17,905 nucleotides of DNA from Bugula neritina (lineage: Eukaryota; Animalia; Bryozoa): contig CAXIUT010000039.1 in the NCBI GenBank assembly GCA_964035545.1, forward strand, positions 1-17,905, read 5' to 3'. Positions 15,638 through 17,905 of this stretch are shown piece by piece. The notes beneath the pieces are model-generated. The model had not been told where the DNA came from. It did no database searches and saw nothing but the letters and a program-made list of their open reading frames with translations. Position numbers and translations under genes: made by a program. Position 1 is the first letter of the stretch. Every line of letters begins with the position of its first letter.

Positions 15638-16183
15638 TCAAAGTAGTTGGTAGTCGTTATTGAATTTCCAAGATTGTTTGATGTAGCATTTTTGGCCTTG
15701 GTTATTGATCTCCACTATTTGGCTAGTAAATTTATCATGGTAGAGATGTCCTGATCCGATATCGAATCCATTTCCAGTCCATCCAGGAATTCTGTTCAAG
15801 GTTTTCCATTTATGAACTCTTGGATTTTAAAATCCTCCATTTTGAACTATGTTCTAGTTTGATCCTATTCTGATCAATTTAACATTATCAACATCGAATC
15901 CGAAACTATATGCTCTTCCCCAATTCATTCCTTTGAATTTGAGTTAATTTTTTCCTGCTTTAACTTCAACCAAAGTTGAATAGGTTCTGATTGTTTTTTG
16001 GGCTCTAAGCATAGTCTACTTAGAATTCCAGCTAACTTTTCCTTTGCAGAAATATGGATGAATTCCTTTTCTACATGTGTATTGAAATGAAAGTTTGAAC
16101 TTCTTAGACAATTTTTGATGTGAAGCTTAACTACAGTAGTTGATAAGAAGCAAGCTGAGGATAAGAAAGAATAGAATCTTCAT
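15638..16183 (-). CDS. Secreted 181-aa DUF642/galactose-binding-like beta-sandwich protein, apparently circularly permuted
   Basis: Signal peptide MKILFFLILSLLLINYCS; FKLSFQYTCR..KVSWN..KNELKFKG..SFGFDVDNVKL followed by NIVQNGGFENP..IPGWTGNGFDIG..IVEIN..YIKQSWKF; 546-nt frame. Confidence 0.8.
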
Positions 16184-16693
16184 TTATTATTACTTTTCGA
16201 ATGGAAACTTATTTTATTTCAATTAGAAATGACTGGAATTTAAAATTTTATATTTAATTATTTATCTCACTTTTGAAACAATGATTTTTTTATTCTATTC
16301 TTTGAAAAAGCTTAAGATGTATTGATCGTAAAAGTTAGTCATAAATTTTCTATAAATAAAATGTTCAACTTGAAAAAATGATTTGAGCTTTTTTATTTTT
16401 TTTATTTTTTAATTTAAAAATCCAAGTATTATCTAATTTATACTTAAATCTAACGTTATATGAGAAAATAATTGAATTTTATACTTAATTGTTTGAATAG
16501 AATATTTTAAATTCGAAATTAGAGAAAATTGATAAAAGATTATTTTAGCCTTAAGCTATTTGAGTTAGATAGAAGACAAACTGATAAAATAAACAATAAA
16601 TATTTAAAAAAGTGATCTTTTAAGTTTAAATAATTTTAGAATATCATTTATATTTGATAGCTTAGATTTATAGAATAGATTTATATCTTGTGA

Positions 16694-16768
16694 GGGGTTG
16701 GGGTTGGGGTTGGGGTTGGGGTTGGGGTTGGGGTTGGGGTTGGGGTTGGGGTTGGGGTTGGGGTTGGG
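16694..16768 (+). repeat. Internal telomeric tract 3, 75 bp
   Basis: Perfect (GGGGTT)n after a 510-bp AT-rich non-coding stretch; ends TTGGG and is followed by coding sequence. Confidence 0.97.
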
Positions 16769-17722
16769 AAATCTTCAAAAAGTACAGGAATGCCCTAAGG
16801 ATTGAAACTCCTGAAAAGTATAATGCTTTCCTTCGAATGGACTTTGATAAATGGAATTAATAGGTCTTATTAAGGAGGGCTTTTACAATATTTCCTTTGA
16901 AATTTACTGCTAGTTATGGCTTTTTAATATTTTATGCCTTGATAGCCACTCTTCAAAGATATTTGAAGTTCCCTCTATCTTGGATTGACTTCTACGTGAG
17001 GCATTGGGGAGGATTTGTAAATCGACATGTTTATGGTGTTGAATAGTAATGCAATTTAAATGAAGAAATTGATACTCAATCGTCATTGCGAATCATACAA
17101 CATTTATAGATATTTTGGTTTTGGAAGTACTCTCAAATCGAGAATGAGTTATGTGGCTAAAATGGAAATCACCAAGATGCCTTTTATAAACGCTATTAGC
17201 TAATTTTTGCAGTGTATTCTAGTAGATAGATCTTCTGAGGAAGCTAAAAAAAAGGTGATGCAAGATATATTGGATAGAGTTTAAAATTATCAAAAAGACC
17301 CAGTCAAATATCTTCCAATATGTATATTTCCTGAAGGAACTGTATCGAACGGAAGGCATTTGATGTAGTTTAAAATGGTGCATTTGAAAGCCTTTCTCCA
17401 ATAACTATCTTTGGTTTGAAATATTAAAGTAAAAATTAAATAATTCAGGTAAAGACTTTCATATGGGAGACAATGAGTTAGATTTTATGGAACATAACTT
17501 TATGTCACATTGTGCTCGTAATGTGATTCGTATTCGAAATAAAAAATTTATCCTGAAAAGAATGAGAGTGTTGAGCACTATCGGGAGAGATGTCGGGATA
17601 GAGTTGCAGCTATTTGGGGTTTCAAGAAGTATGATGTTAGTTTCAAAGATTGTTTGGATTATTCTAAAGCTTACAAAGAGTAATTGAAAAAGAGAAAGAT
17701 GAGCAAAAGTGACTAAAGTTGA
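16768..17722 (+). CDS. 5'-truncated lysophospholipid acyltransferase (LPCAT/AGPAT, PlsC superfamily); 20-nt intron at 17429-17448 and four apparent 1-nt deletions
   Basis: Catalytic IVIANHTTFID (NHX4D), SYVAK.EI..MPFI, CILVDR, ICIFPEGTVSNG, F(K)xGAF, YPEKNESVEHYRERCR. Frame breaks near 17077, 17123, 17372 and 17541. Confidence 0.85.
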
Positions 17723-17794
17723 TCATGATTATTGATGTTATAGCTATTATATAAATACTAAAACTATTTAATAAGATTAGATTTATTATTACAA

Positions 17795-17905
17795 GGGGTT
17801 GGGGTTGGGGTTGGGGTTGGGGTTGGGGTTGGGGTTGGGGTTGGGGTTGGGGTTGGGGTTGGGGTTGGGGTTGGGGTTGGGGTTGGGGTTGGGGTTGGGG
17901 TTGGG
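17795..17905 (+). repeat. Terminal right telomere, (GGGGTT)n, 111 bp
   Basis: Perfect array 72 bp after the TGA at 17722; ends TTGGG at the window end. Confidence 0.97.

Noticed and set aside
16184-16693. ncRNA or ORF in the long AT-rich stretches (also 1508-2040)
   Set aside because: No tRNA/snRNA-like stems or recognisable motifs by eye; long open frames arise by chance with a single stop codon.
17046-17065. Candidate 20-nt intron gtaatgcaatttaaatgaag
   Set aside because: Removing it puts TGA in frame before the NHX4D motif; a 1-nt deletion giving TPIVIANH fits better.
17614-17621. Isolated TTGGGGTT (also GTTGGGGT near 2212-2219)
   Set aside because: Single-unit chance matches; the first encodes IWGF within the acyltransferase.
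8685-17905. CRISPR-like array, telomere-bearing transposon or retroposed cDNAs
   Set aside because: The repeats are simple telomeric hexamers. There is no transposase, reverse transcriptase, inverted terminal C/G pair or poly(A), and the captured pieces keep their introns.

Overview
AT-rich ciliate macronuclear DNA with (C4A2/T2G4)n telomeres. TAA and TAG both encode Glu and TGA is the only stop (NCBI table 30, the peritrich-type code), so the supplied standard-code ORF track is mostly misleading. The window is not one ordinary chromosome. It is a complete 8.77-kb telomere-to-telomere minichromosome (5'-truncated acidic gene, PKA catalytic subunit, small ORF, kinesin-13, eIF5B, hypothetical protein), followed head-to-tail by three more chromosome-end pieces. 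Each piece starts mid-gene directly after a G-tract and ends in its own G-tract. They carry a hypothetical gene; an NT-C2/coiled-coil giant, a type-I membrane protein and a secreted circularly permuted DUF642-like protein; and an LPCAT-like acyltransferase. All 13 inferred introns are exactly 20 nt (consensus GTA-N11-ATNNAG), and all five telomere tracts begin GGGG and end in the same TTGGG register. All translations were done by hand and no database search was run.
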